64,000 bases of DNA, from positions 106,547 to 170,546 of the forward strand of contig CAVRFW010000003.1 of the NCBI GenBank assembly GCA_963720565.1. The letters run 5' to 3'. Under the pieces are notes generated by a model, which made no database searches, was not told where the DNA came from, and worked only from the letters and a program-made list of their open reading frames with translations. Positions within the stretch are counted from its first letter, which is position 1, and each line of letters opens with the position of its first letter. Shown here piece after piece: positions 43,540 through 54,377 of the stretch. This DNA comes from Candidatus Bathyarchaeota archaeon. Its GTDB lineage: Archaea; Thermoproteota; Bathyarchaeia; Bathyarchaeales; Bathycorpusculaceae. The position numbers and the translations under genes are program-made.

Positions 43540-44088
43540 GTGAGATTCGATAGTAGAGATTTGACATCAACTGCTGTCTTTGCTGCATTGTACGTAGTGA
43601 TAAATGTCGTTGAGGCAATGGCTGTGGGAGGTCCGGTTTTTACGTATGGACCTATTCAGTTGCGCGTTGCTGATGCTCTGATAGCTTTGGCGGCGTTGCT
43701 CGGTTGGCCTGTAATCGGCGGGGTGACCATAGGCTGTTTCGTGACTAACGCGTATTTTTTCCTCGGTGCTCCAGACCTGTTTTTGGGGCCTGTCGCCAAT
43801 CTGATTGCGGCTTACCTTGTACTGTTGCTTAGGAAACATCATTTGATAGCATGTGTTGCAGGTGCTTTGCCCATAGGCTTCATTGTTGGAGGGTACCTTT
43901 GGCTGTTCTTTCCTGCGCCAGAAATTTTCGGCGCTTTGCCGGCATGGTTGGGCATGATTATCAGTATAACGCTCAGTAGCCTCGTCGCCATTGCTGTCTT
44001 AGGATACTTGCTGCTTTCAACGCTTAGTCGTCCAAATATTCTAAACCCGTTGAAGTCTCATGGTTTAAGAGTTGTAGATGCAAAATAG
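43540..44088 (+). CDS. queT: QueT-family transporter
   Basis: AVFAALYVV, YGPIQLRVADAL, GVTIGCFVTN. Confidence 0.88.
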   Translation: MRFDSRDLTSTAVFAALYVVINVVEAMAVGGPVFTYGPIQLRVADALIALAALLGWPVIGGVTIGCFVTNAYFFLGAPDLFLGPVANLIAAYLVLLLRKHHLIACVAGALPIGFIVGGYLWLFFPAPEIFGALPAWLGMIISITLSSLVAIAVLGYLLLSTLSRPNILNPLKSHGLRVVDAK

Positions 44089-46782
44089 CTATCCTAGGAA
44101 CCTTTCCAGTTTAGTTAGTCCGATGATTTCGTCGAAGCTTAAACCTAGTGCATCCAAAACTTGGTCGAAGGTTGAGTGCAGGTACGCAATGTACTTGTCC
44201 ACGTCAACCTCGTTTTTCGTGGCTAGCTGAACTGGTTTTACGTGAGGTTCTCTTATGGTTTTGACGAAACTTATCAAGTCTCCTGCTCTTATTTCCACCT
44301 TGTTTTCCTCTAGAATCTTTGCTGCTTTAACGTGTTGAGGTGTGGTCTTCGTGTAACGATTAAGGTCTTCTCCCAGAACTACGTGGAAGGCAAGTTCATC
44401 GAGGTTTTCCCACTCTCTCTTCTTCAATCGCGTATAGCGTTCGCGGACAATGTTTGCAATGTCTTTTTTTGCCTTTTCGAACTCTGTTGGGTTTTTTACC
44501 TGCGCTAGTCTGTCTTTCATTTGGTTGAATGCGTTCTTGATGAAGATTGGGATATGCTTCTTCTTGCCAGTTAATCCCTTCACATCGACAGAACCGTCTT
44601 CCAAAACCCCGAGGTAGTTCTTCTTTCGGCTGCTGAAAACCGCGTATCTATAGACTTTCTCCATGTCTATGCTCATTCTCAGTTCATGTTCAGTCCAGCG
44701 AATCAGCTCTCTGACTTGTTCTTTGGATGGGTTCTTAAGGAAAAGGCTGTCAGTGTCTCCGTAGAGAACCTGAATACCAAGAGACTCCGCATGTTTCAGT
44801 ATTTGGGTAATGCTATGTCTTCCGATAGCTGCAGTGGCTTCAGCAACTGGCGGGCAGTACAGGTCAAAGCTGTCAGCGCCAAAAACGCCGTAGCTGGCAT
44901 TCAAAATCACCTTAAGCGCGCCTTGTGTAATCTTATACCAGCTTCTTAGCTCATCTGGCAAGGTCTGGTCCTTAGACCTTAGTTTGTACCATCGAACGCG
45001 AAGGTCTCTAAGTGAACCAATTAGGAGGCTTTCTAAAGAGCGTTCTTTTGTGCAGACCCAATGTGACGTGCCGGGCACAATGTTTGTGCGGCATTCCGGA
45101 TGTTGACAGAGTATGGATTGGTATCCGAGATTCCAGACTTTTATTATGGAAGGATATAGGCTCGGGAAGTCCATCACTGCAACGTTAAAATGGACTCCAG
45201 GGATTGGGTCAACTACAATTGCTCCTTTGTATTTTTTCCCTTTTATGATGGCTGTTGTAGATGTTTTGCCTTTCTTGTCGAGTATGTCTTCAGCGTTTGG
45301 AAGTAACATATTCTTTTTTCTGTGTTCACGATGCATGAAATTCCGTATCCAGCGGCTTACTCCTTGGCGGCTGACGTCTTCCATGGGCATGCTGCTGATT
45401 CTTGCCAGAACCATGATTAGTTTCATGGTTAGTTCATCTTCGAAACTTGTTAGTTTGAAGGTGATTTCAGAGTCTCTAAGGCAGTATTGAGCAAGTTCGG
45501 TGTAGGTTAGGTCTCCGAAACTTTTTTCTAGCCGTATCTTCTCCATGCCAATTATGGCTTTGCCGACGTCGTTAAGTGTCACGTCGCGGTAACGGTTGTT
45601 GAAGGCGTAGATCTGGATAGATCTGTTGTAGAAGAATTTGTACAAGTCAATGTGAATGCCATATCTTAGGAGGCAGACACGTTTACCAACTTCAATGGGG
45701 ACATCGGATTTCCTCATGCCGAGGTTAAGGGCTCGGTGCATTAGGTAGCGCAGGTCAAAATCGTCCCCATTGAACGTTAGAACGAAGGGGTATTCCCATA
45801 AAACTTCAAAAACAGCTTTTAGGAGTTTTTCTTCGGTATCATAATACTCGAGTTTCACGTCCGCGGGTAGATATTGGTTACCTTCACGGGTTCCTTCTCG
45901 TTTTAAGATAAGCACTCTTTTCTGCAAGTCTGAACTGCAGACTGAAACACATATAACTGGATACGCGGCTTCGCGTGGATCTGGTACTCTCGTGGAGACC
46001 GTTGCGTAAACTTCTATGTCCAAAGCTGCTCTGCGGAACTTGGGAGCTGGATACTCCAATAGTCTCGCCCATTCCGTGAGGTATTGTAATTCTTCTGAGG
46101 TCGCTTCTGGAAAAATTGCTTCTATCTGTTTAACAGTTTTTTCAGTTTGCTCCGATACTGTTGGAACGAGGTTATCATTCTTAACTTCGTAGATCATTCC
46201 AGGCAGGAACTGTTTGTCGTAGATGTAGCATTGATAATATTTTATTCTGGCCTCCCAGACTTTTGCCTCTTCATTGTTAGCCATACTGGCGGAGGTCTTC
46301 GGAAAGTCTTCAGGAATTATGTCCCTTATTGTTCCCTGAGGTCTGCCTCCAATGGCTAACGGATCGCTTGTGACGATTTTCGTTACCTGTACTTGTCTGT
46401 CAAGAAGTGGATCAAACTTTTGCGTTGATTCTAAGTGGTCAAAACCTTCATGTTTTATTAGCCGCTCGATCCTTTCCAGTCTGCTCTGGGATAAATTAGT
46501 TAGGCAGTAGGGCTTGTGTCCTGTGTTGTCGTACCAGAAGTAAATGTCACCGCTTGTGGGCTCGTAGAGTTTTAGGACTGCCTTCCTTAGGCGCCCATCA
46601 TAACCGGCAGAAACGATGTATGATGGCGGCAGGTTATGAGGTGCAACAGGTGGGAAAACACGGTGTTTTCTCTGCTTTCTTTCGATATCACTCTTGATAG
46701 TTGGCAGCGCTTCCGCTTTGTTTTCTATGATACTTGGTTTTTTCTGCACCTCAGAGTAGTAATCTAAGCTTTTCTGCGCCAA
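44089..46782 (-). CDS. polB1: Family B DNA polymerase (PolB1 type)
   Basis: DIEV, FNGDDFD, DFPSLYPS, KVILNASYG, YGDTDS. Confidence 0.96.
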   Translation of the reverse strand: MAQKSLDYYSEVQKKPSIIENKAEALPTIKSDIERKQRKHRVFPPVAPHNLPPSYIVSAGYDGRLRKAVLKLYEPTSGDIYFWYDNTGHKPYCLTNLSQSRLERIERLIKHEGFDHLESTQKFDPLLDRQVQVTKIVTSDPLAIGGRPQGTIRDIIPEDFPKTSASMANNEEAKVWEARIKYYQCYIYDKQFLPGMIYEVKNDNLVPTVSEQTEKTVKQIEAIFPEATSEELQYLTEWARLLEYPAPKFRRAALDIEVYATVSTRVPDPREAAYPVICVSVCSSDLQKRVLILKREGTREGNQYLPADVKLEYYDTEEKLLKAVFEVLWEYPFVLTFNGDDFDLRYLMHRALNLGMRKSDVPIEVGKRVCLLRYGIHIDLYKFFYNRSIQIYAFNNRYRDVTLNDVGKAIIGMEKIRLEKSFGDLTYTELAQYCLRDSEITFKLTSFEDELTMKLIMVLARISSMPMEDVSRQGVSRWIRNFMHREHRKKNMLLPNAEDILDKKGKTSTTAIIKGKKYKGAIVVDPIPGVHFNVAVMDFPSLYPSIIKVWNLGYQSILCQHPECRTNIVPGTSHWVCTKERSLESLLIGSLRDLRVRWYKLRSKDQTLPDELRSWYKITQGALKVILNASYGVFGADSFDLYCPPVAEATAAIGRHSITQILKHAESLGIQVLYGDTDSLFLKNPSKEQVRELIRWTEHELRMSIDMEKVYRYAVFSSRKKNYLGVLEDGSVDVKGLTGKKKHIPIFIKNAFNQMKDRLAQVKNPTEFEKAKKDIANIVRERYTRLKKREWENLDELAFHVVLGEDLNRYTKTTPQHVKAAKILEENKVEIRAGDLISFVKTIREPHVKPVQLATKNEVDVDKYIAYLHSTFDQVLDALGLSFDEIIGLTKLERFLG

Positions 46783-47048
46783 CTTTGCTTCTTGCCCTTG
46801 GTCACCTTATGGCTTGTACAGACTAAAATGTTTGTTGACCGCTACTTTTCTTCTTCTCCGTTGGAAATACTGCAATTCCTATTCAAAGTGCCTCCGCTAA
46901 TTCGAGCGATGTTGCCGTTTTGGGTAGACATAACCCTGCAATTGCTTGTTGAAAGCCCTGTTCTCTAGGAAGAGCTAAATCAAACTTTTAACTTTCCATG
47001 ACTCGTGGCAAACTCGTGGGAGTTGTTCTGCCACGGTAAAGAGGAATA

Positions 47049-48006
47049 ATGATGAAGAAAAACTATAAGCAAATCATTAACCGGGTTAGTATTGGGGTTG
47101 CTTCTGACAAGTCTGCTAAGCTTGGCGACTATAGTTCCAGCAGAAGCACAAGAATCAGTTGACCCTTACACAGTCGGTTTGTGGCATCTGAACGAGGTGT
47201 TCCCTGATGGTTACCAAGAAAAGACACCTGACGCTACAGGACAAAATCCCGGAATCTTGGTTTCTGCGCCTGAGGCTCCTGCGCTTGTTGACGGCAAGTT
47301 TGACAAGGCTTTGAGCTTCGATGGAAACAACGGTGTGTATGTGCCCATTCGGTTCTTAGTGGGTTTCCCGCCTACCCCTCAACCCATCTACATACCAATA
47401 TCCACAAGCCTAGATGTTTCGGAAGAGCTCAAAATTGAAGCTTGGATAAACGTACACGACTTCAAGAACGTAACCTACAACAACATCGTGATCAAATGCA
47501 CCCGTAGCGACGCCAGCTGGGAAAACGTAACCAGAGTATATGGTATCGCAGTCAAAGCCGGCATTAGCGAAAACGGACACACGGTATCGGTAGGAGCCCT
47601 CAGTGGTTACGTATACACTGATGCTGGTGGATTAAACGAGATAGTAACCACGGAACAGGTGGTTCCTCTAAACGATTGGATTCACGTGGCCTTCACCCGC
47701 AACCTCGCCACAGGCATGCACCTGTACGTTAACGGGTACGAAAAAGAAGTCAAGGTTATTCACGGTGTCCAAAACCCAACCGGATCTATAATTAATGGAA
47801 CAGAGGTTTACTTCGGTCACGATTCACAGGTTTCAATAGACGAAGTCCGCATCAGCAACCTTGACCCAGAATCACAGACTGTTGCAGCACAGATTGATAT
47901 AGGACCAAATTTGTTAGCTGCCGTGATCGTTGTAGCAGTAATATTCGCTGCGGCTTGGCTTCTGCGAAGAGCACTCCAACTATGGCTTATTCGGTCAAGA
48001 TCCTGA
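47049..48006 (+). CDS. LamG-domain surface protein (probable frameshift in signal peptide near 47080)
   Basis: GLWHLNE, ALSFDG, WIHVAF, LYVNG, IDEVRIS; C-terminal TM. Confidence 0.85.
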
Positions 48007-48128
48007 ATCGGTGTATATGCAAATTGAAACATCAAAGTAGGAATCAATTTTCTCTGCAAACGAGCAGGTGAATGATTGCTTGGGCAACGGGCTCAGACTC
48101 TTAGAGTTGTTGCTTCGCCAAAAACTCT

Positions 48129-49254
48129 TTGGTTCAGGGTCTAAAGGGAGAACCAAACACCCCGACCGTGGTTTCTTACGCTGTCACAAAAGCATGTAAT
48201 CTTCGGTGCTTGCACTGCCATGTTTCGGCTACTGAGGCCATGCACAATGAGCTTAGCCTGCGAGAGGCGATGCACGCAATAGACGAAATGGCAAATCTGG
48301 GAACCCGAGCTTTGATCTTCAGCGGTGGAGAACCTCTTCTTAGGAAAGAGTTCGTTCTGTCACTTGCGGAGTACTGTGTTGACGCAGGCATGTTGCCTGC
48401 TATCCTGACGAATGGTCTTCTGCTCGATCACAAAGTAGCTTTTGAGCTCAAAGACTCAGGAATATTGGCTGTAGGCATACCTATCGACTCGATAGTTCCT
48501 CAAACGCATGACAAGTCTAAGGAATATGGCTGGCGCCTTCGCGAAAGCTGTAGAGGCGATTAAGGCTTGTTTAGATGTAGACTTGGAAGTGGTAATCACA
48601 ACGATGGCTTTGAAAAACACTTACGATGAAATACCCCGAAGAATAGCTTTCCTGGCAAAATTGGGGGTGGAACAGGCTGCCGTCTACGATTTGGTTCCAG
48701 TGGGGCGGGGAAAGGAGGTCATGGACCAAGCGATGAGCCAAACGCAGCGAGTGAGTCTGATAAAGTATCTTCAGCAAATCCAGGAAGATGGCGAGATGGT
48801 TTTCACCATGTCAGGCGGACTTCCGCTGTATCCAGAAATTGTTTCCGAAATGCACAAAATGAACGGTACTAAACCTCGCGATCTCTTATTGAAACAGTTC
48901 TGGCTCGATGCTTCTGTCGGTTGCCAAGCAGGGATTCTGTATTTCAGTTTGCGACCGAACGGCGACGTGTACCCATGCACTTTTTTGCCAATAAAAGTTG
49001 GGAATATTCGGGAGCAAAGCTTAACCCAAATTTGGAACAGCTCCAGAGTCTTAAGGGACCTCCGACAAAGACGCTTGCTGAAAGGGCAATGTGGAGCATG
49101 CGAATACCGAGAAACATGCGGAGGATGCCGGGGAAGGGCTTACGCTTACAGCGGTGACTACCTAGAAACAGATCCTGTTTGTCTGCGTGACTTAATGTTG
49201 GAGGATAATGTTTCGCCTTCTGCCATAAAGCGTTGCGGCTGGTGCGTTGGATAG
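48129..49254 (+). CDS. Radical SAM/SPASM protein (AhbC/AhbD-like), frameshift near 48515; start uncertain
   Basis: CNLRCLHC, SGGEPL; CQAG..GDVYPC..CGAC..CGGCRGRAY..DPVC. Confidence 0.87.
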
Positions 49255-49396
49255 ACCAGCGACTGTTTTGCAGCGCTTCTGTTTCCGGTTTTCTATGGGG
49301 AGCAATAGGCTGGGGAAAGCGCGGTTCAAATTGATCTTAGGTTAGTCTCTTAAACTATTTTCCTGTTTTGGCAATGGTCTCTTGTGGCAGTTTTCG

Positions 49397-50107
49397 TTAA
49401 TCTTTTTTCATTGCTTTTGCTCTAAGCTCTTTGGGCATCAGCTCTATCGCGTATCGAAGCGCTGTCCGTGGCATAGTCTTCCTTTTTGTGAGAACATAAT
49501 CCAGCACTTCTCTTTGGTGCTTTCTGCTTGCTTCTTTTAGAAGCCACCCGTAGCCTTTCTGCACCATTTCATCTTTATCAGACAAAAGTATGCTGCTGAT
49601 TTCGAGGGCGTCCTTCAAGAAGTCGCCTTTCTTAGCTGGAACTATGAGGGAGACAGCTGCTGCTCTTTTAAGCCATGGATTGTCGGATTTTGCCCATTTT
49701 TTCAATTCCATTACAGCTTCCGGTTGTCTTTCTATGAGACCTCCAATCGTGTGGTTGCAAAATCCATCACATTTTGCCCAATTGTCGATGTAATGCTCAA
49801 TCCATGACTTGAAAGTTGAGAGGTCACTTAGCTCAAGTTGCATAATCATGTTGGGTAACCAAGAAGAAACGATGAAAGCTTCTTCAGTAAAACCGGAACG
49901 TAATAACTCTTCACAAAGTGAAAATACTGTTTTCTTGTCAAGGTGCTTGACTTCACTCCAGTGTTTGTTGGCTATCTTGTTAACTAAACCGGTTTTGACG
50001 CCGTAGTATGTTACTTTCTCTTTGAAGAATCTTTGGAAACTATTTCGAGTTTTGCCGTCTGAGTTCGCTTTAAGCTCTTGCCTGATTGCTTCTATGATTT
50101 CATCCAT
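49397..50107 (-). CDS. DNA alkylation repair protein (AlkD-like)
   Basis: DNWAKCD, WAKSDNPWLKRA, VQKGYGWLLKE, MPRTALRYAIE. Confidence 0.9.
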   Translation of the reverse strand: MDEIIEAIRQELKANSDGKTRNSFQRFFKEKVTYYGVKTGLVNKIANKHWSEVKHLDKKTVFSLCEELLRSGFTEEAFIVSSWLPNMIMQLELSDLSTFKSWIEHYIDNWAKCDGFCNHTIGGLIERQPEAVMELKKWAKSDNPWLKRAAAVSLIVPAKKGDFLKDALEISSILLSDKDEMVQKGYGWLLKEASRKHQREVLDYVLTKRKTMPRTALRYAIELMPKELRAKAMKKD

Positions 50108-50200
50108 AGCTCGAAAAGAAAGAGGTGGCTGCCAAAATACCTTTTCCTGAAAAAGATGGTGTTGAATTAAATGATGGCTTAGAAAAAAACTTGGGAGCGC

Positions 50201-50509
50201 TTAAGGCTCTTCCATCTGGTAGAGTTCCAAATCTATGTCTATTTTGGAAGGCTTTTCACGTTCAACAGTAGTTTCAATATTATAGAGTTTAGACATGATT
50301 TTTCCAACCTCGGTCTGACAAATTTTGTTTTTCTGGATCAGAGCTGCTTTTATTTTGCGTTCAATTCTGTCTTCAGGTGGAATCTGGGCGCTGCGAATAG
50401 CGAGGGAGTTTTTGTTAAGCACGTCTGTGGTGCGAGTCCTCGCTTTCTCTACTTCATCAAGGTTAATGTGGCATTTCACAGTGATTTCGTCAGGTGATTG
50501 CTTAGTCAA
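50201..50509 (-). CDS. Hypothetical protein with FtsZ-tail-like C-terminus
   Basis: TTG start overlapping the RHH gene; ends KIDIDLELYQMEEP. Confidence 0.55.
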   Translation of the reverse strand: MTKQSPDEITVKCHINLDEVEKARTRTTDVLNKNSLAIRSAQIPPEDRIERKIKAALIQKNKICQTEVGKIMSKLYNIETTVEREKPSKIDIDLELYQMEEP

Positions 50510-50657
50510 CTCCTTTCCTCCGCCAAACTTCGGCACTGATTAAATCTCGAATCGCGACGCGGATGGCTTCAGCCCTGTTGGGATAGAACCTTTCGCCCAC
50601 GAGCTGGTCCAAAGCTTTAATATACGTTTCAGGTAGATACAATGTAATTAGCTTCAT
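50502..50657 (-). CDS. Ribbon-helix-helix regulator (CdrS-like), not in the ORF track
   Basis: Manual translation MKLITLYLPETYIKALDQLVGERFYPNRAEAIRVAIRDLISAEVWRRKGVD. Confidence 0.88.
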   Translation of the reverse strand: MKLITLYLPETYIKALDQLVGERFYPNRAEAIRVAIRDLISAEVWRRKGVD

Positions 50658-50864
50658 ATGCTTCTCTCCCTCAGTAAGCTACGACAAGGATGCTTGTAGG
50701 TTATACTTCTATATATTATGATACATATATGTGGCAAATATGTTCGTTACTTCCTTTTTAAATGTTTTGCAAATCATGTTGCAGTTTTCTGTTAATTCTC
50801 GCGTGAAGTCACCTTTATGTTTTTATTGCTTGTTGAATCATCTACCGTAATGCGATGAAGAAAA

Positions 50865-52151
50865 ATGCGCGTTTTCCTAAAGAGCTACGGTTGCTCCGCA
50901 AACCAAGCTGACAGCGAAGTCTTATCCGGTTGTCTAGCGAAAGCCGGATACGAACTAACTAATTCAATTTCGGAAGCCGATGTTATAGTTATCAATACCT
51001 GTGCCGTGAAAGGACCGACGGAAAACCGTGTAATTGACGCCTTGAAGCGCGTCCCCGAGGGAAAGAAGCTTATTGTCGCGGGATGTTTGCCACGTGTGAA
51101 TTTTGAGCGACTGTGCCGCGAAGTCTGTTTCGACGGTGCCGTTGGTCCTGCGGTTGGCAATGATATAGTTGGAATCGTGGAAAGAGTTATGGCTGGCGAG
51201 AAAGTTGTGGCTTTAGGCACCCAGCTAGACACCAAGCCTAGCCTATGTCTTCCACGTTTGAGGTCAAACCCTGTGATAAGCGTGATTCCCATAAACTATG
51301 GCTGCTTGGGCTCATGTGCGTATTGTTGCGTAGTTTTCGCAAGAGGTCGACTGCGAAGCTACAAGCCTGAAGAGGTTGTTGAACGATTGCAGCAGGACTT
51401 GATAGCTGGCGCGAAGGAGTTCTGGATCACGTCCCAAGATGTAGCTTGCTACGGAAGAGACATCGGGGGAAACCTTGCGGATTTGCTGGAAAATATAGTC
51501 AACATTGAAGGTGATTTCCGAGTTCGCGTGGGTATGATGACGCCTAACATGATTGCAGACATAACTGGTAATCTTGTTTCCGTGTTCAAAAACGCGAAAA
51601 TCTTCAAGTTTGTGCACCTGCCGGTACAGAGTGGCGATGACAGTGTTTTGAAACGCATGAATCGCTATTATACTGTTCAGCAGTTCAAGGACATCGTGAA
51701 CACGTTTAGGACTGCTTTTCCGGAAATTACTCTGGCGACCGATGTGATTTGCGGTTTTCCAGGAGAGACGCAAGAAGCGTTTGAAAACACGCTTAAACTG
51801 ATTAACGAAGTGAAGCCAGACATCGTAAATGTATCCAAGTTTTTCCCGAGGCCAAAGACAGCTGCTTCTTTTATGCAGAGTGAGTTTGTTGAGCTGCCTG
51901 AGATTAAGCACAGGAGCGCCGCTGCAGCGGAGTTGTCGAAACGGATCGCCATGGAGAGGAATCAAAGGTGGGTAGGCTGGATTGGAGAAGTCTTGATCGA
52001 TGAGAAAGGCAAAGTACCTGGGACATGGATAGGTCGGAATTTCGCTTACAAACCCGTTACAGTCAAGGGTTCGCAGAATCTGCTTGGAGAGAGGTTGCAG
52101 GTCAAAGTTGTTAAAGCGTTTTCGACCCATCTCTCAGGGACAGTCTGTTGA
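50865..52151 (+). CDS. mtaB: tRNA t6A37 methylthiotransferase (archaeal MtaB/CDKAL1)
   Basis: YGCSAN, NTC, GCLGSCAYC, HLPVQSG, TRAM domain. Confidence 0.92.
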   Translation: MRVFLKSYGCSANQADSEVLSGCLAKAGYELTNSISEADVIVINTCAVKGPTENRVIDALKRVPEGKKLIVAGCLPRVNFERLCREVCFDGAVGPAVGNDIVGIVERVMAGEKVVALGTQLDTKPSLCLPRLRSNPVISVIPINYGCLGSCAYCCVVFARGRLRSYKPEEVVERLQQDLIAGAKEFWITSQDVACYGRDIGGNLADLLENIVNIEGDFRVRVGMMTPNMIADITGNLVSVFKNAKIFKFVHLPVQSGDDSVLKRMNRYYTVQQFKDIVNTFRTAFPEITLATDVICGFPGETQEAFENTLKLINEVKPDIVNVSKFFPRPKTAASFMQSEFVELPEIKHRSAAAAELSKRIAMERNQRWVGWIGEVLIDEKGKVPGTWIGRNFAYKPVTVKGSQNLLGERLQVKVVKAFSTHLSGTVC

Positions 52152-52205
52152 ATAATACGGTAACTGCATCCAGAAAGTGTTTTTGTGTCGTGACGGTTTG
52201 TATTC

Positions 52206-52976
52206 CTATTTTGTGGGTTTTTCCGTCTTTAGATTATCTAAGAGGTCTTTTGCATCTGAGGGAGGATGCCCTGAATAGTATTTGCTGAAATATCCGAAAA
52301 CCGCTGTTGGTTGTGATTTTTCAAGCAAGAGTCGTCTTAGGCTGTCAGCCCACAGTTTTGTGCTAGTTGTCTTATCCACTTCTATCTTGCCCAAGGTGCC
52401 ATTGACGAGTTTTCGGTCTCCTTCCCATCTCACATAGATGAAGTCGGAAGTTGCTTCTGTTATTCTGGGCATGGAAGGGTTGTCAATCCATGCCAAAGCT
52501 ACATTGTTGTCTCTGAGAATAGAGTAGAACCTGTCGTTTAGTAGTTTATTGTTCCTTACTTCTACGACATAGCGATGCTCTTTGGGTAAGTTATTGAGGA
52601 AATCGCGAAGCAATGAGGCTTTCTCGATTCCAAACTTCCTCGGGAACTGAAGCAATAGTGGTCCAAGCTTCTCCTTTAGAAGTCCGACTTTTTCCATGAA
52701 TATTGTGGCTTCTTCTTGGCAATCTTTGAGCATTTTAATGTGGGTTATAATCTGTGGAAACTTTAGCGAGAAAAGAAAACTGGCAGGCGTCTGTTCTCTC
52801 CAATTCATCACGGTTTGCCCACGCGGAATTCTATAGAACGTGTTGTCAACTTCAACGGAGTTGAACTTTTTCGCGTAGTAAGTTAGGAACTCATTCTCAG
52901 GTAAGTTTTCGGGGTAGAAGTTGCCTTTCCAGAAGCTGTAACTCCAACCCATTGTGCCTATGCGAAGACTTTGCAT
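52206..52976 (-). CDS. DUF72 (YecE) family protein
   Basis: IGTMGWSY..W..FYP, VEVDNTFY, LLLQFP, VEVRN. Confidence 0.92.
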   Translation of the reverse strand: MQSLRIGTMGWSYSFWKGNFYPENLPENEFLTYYAKKFNSVEVDNTFYRIPRGQTVMNWREQTPASFLFSLKFPQIITHIKMLKDCQEEATIFMEKVGLLKEKLGPLLLQFPRKFGIEKASLLRDFLNNLPKEHRYVVEVRNNKLLNDRFYSILRDNNVALAWIDNPSMPRITEATSDFIYVRWEGDRKLVNGTLGKIEVDKTTSTKLWADSLRRLLLEKSQPTAVFGYFSKYYSGHPPSDAKDLLDNLKTEKPTK

Positions 52977-52978
52977 CG

Positions 52979-54377
52979 CTATTTCTTTCCCTTAAGCAGC
53001 AGCCAATTCTTCTCTCCGGCTTTCTTGAGCCTTACTAGAACAAAACGCCCCTTGAGTTTTTCTCCATTTAGGTTGAATTCGATCATGCTCTCGCTCCAAA
53101 CCTTAACTTCGTAGGAGCCCTTGTCCCAAATCTTGACGGTTCCGGCGCCATACTGTCCTGCTGGAATAGTGCCCTCGAAAGATGCGTATTCGATGGGGTG
53201 ATCCTCAGTCTCAACTGCCTAGGCGCTTTTCTTCAGAGCTTACGGGAAACCCCTTCGGCACGGCCCAACTCTTCAAGACGCCGTTTCTTTCCAGCCGAAA
53301 ATCATAGTGCAATCTTCGGGCATGATGCTCCTGAACCACGAAAACTTTTTCTTCCTTATTTTTTTCGTAATTTCCTGCGGGCTCGTTTGTAGCGGTGAAG
53401 TTGCGTTTTGATTGGTATTCTGCAAGCTCACTTTTTACGATTTGATCCAGAGTGCATTCGCTTGGGAGCTTATCATCTCTTAAACCTCTGAAGCATGGCA
53501 TCCTGAGCTTCATATCTCGCGTAACATTCTGGTAGATTACTTCGCACACGAGTTTGGGTTTCAGCCACCTTACCTCGTTGGGTACGTCCGCTTTGAAGGG
53601 TGGAGCAGCTGCTTCGAGTTTCTGGAAAGCTTCTAACAACGTTTGCAGTGTGTCCTGCGAGAAACCTGTTCCAACTTTTCCAACGTAGACAGGAATTCCT
53701 TCCTGGTTGTATAAGCCAAGGAGTAAAGCTCCAAAAGTCTCGTTTCTCGTTCCAGAACCTATAGTATAGCCAAAAATCACGCAGTCACAGGAACGCAACT
53801 TCTTAATCTTCAGCCAGTTGCTACTTCTTATGCCTGGTTCGTAGGGGCTGTCTTTTCTCTTTGCCACAACCCCTTCTATGCCTTTGTCTAATGCTGCTGC
53901 AAAGTAAGCTACTCCGTTTGTCTCGACGAAGTCCGAAAGCAAGACATGCCTTCCTTCTTGAACTGAATTCTGCAGGATTTGTTTTCTTTCTATTAAAGGC
54001 AGGTTTACCAGTGTTTTTCCGTCTTTTTCTAAGATGTCGAAAACCACGTATATGGCTGGCGATCGACTTGTCTGAAGTTTGATTTCAGTTGGTGAGAGAG
54101 CTTTTCCTCTTTCAAGCAGCGTTTGAAAATCAGCTTTGCCTTCTTTCATTACGACAATTTCGCCGTCAAGAACTACGTCGTGGGCTACTTGCCCAAGTTC
54201 TTCGAGCTCTGGGAAAATATCCTTTAGTTCTTTTCCGTTGCGGCTTTTCAGGCTTAGGTCTTTGTTCACGTATGCTATGGCTCTGAATCCATCCCATTTG
54301 ATTTCGAAGATCCAGTCTTCGTTTGAAAAAGGCTGTGGCGTGAGTTCAGCTAGCATTGGTTTGTAGTTTCTGTTCAT
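52979..54377 (-). CDS. ligD: NHEJ ATP-dependent ligase fused to a C-terminal 3'-phosphoesterase domain (frameshift near 53219)
   Basis: EIKWDGFR, LDGE, FDIL, EGVVAK, WLKIK; then HARRLHYDFRLE, SWAVPKG and, in the next frame, EDHPIEYASFEGTIPAGQYGAG. Confidence 0.92.

Noticed and set aside
44089..46782. Intein in PolB
   Set aside because: Length and motif spacing are normal, with no splice-junction motifs.
51312..52130. 272-aa antisense ORF
   Set aside because: Shadow of mtaB with no recognisable motifs; the same applies to most other overlapping ORFs in the track.
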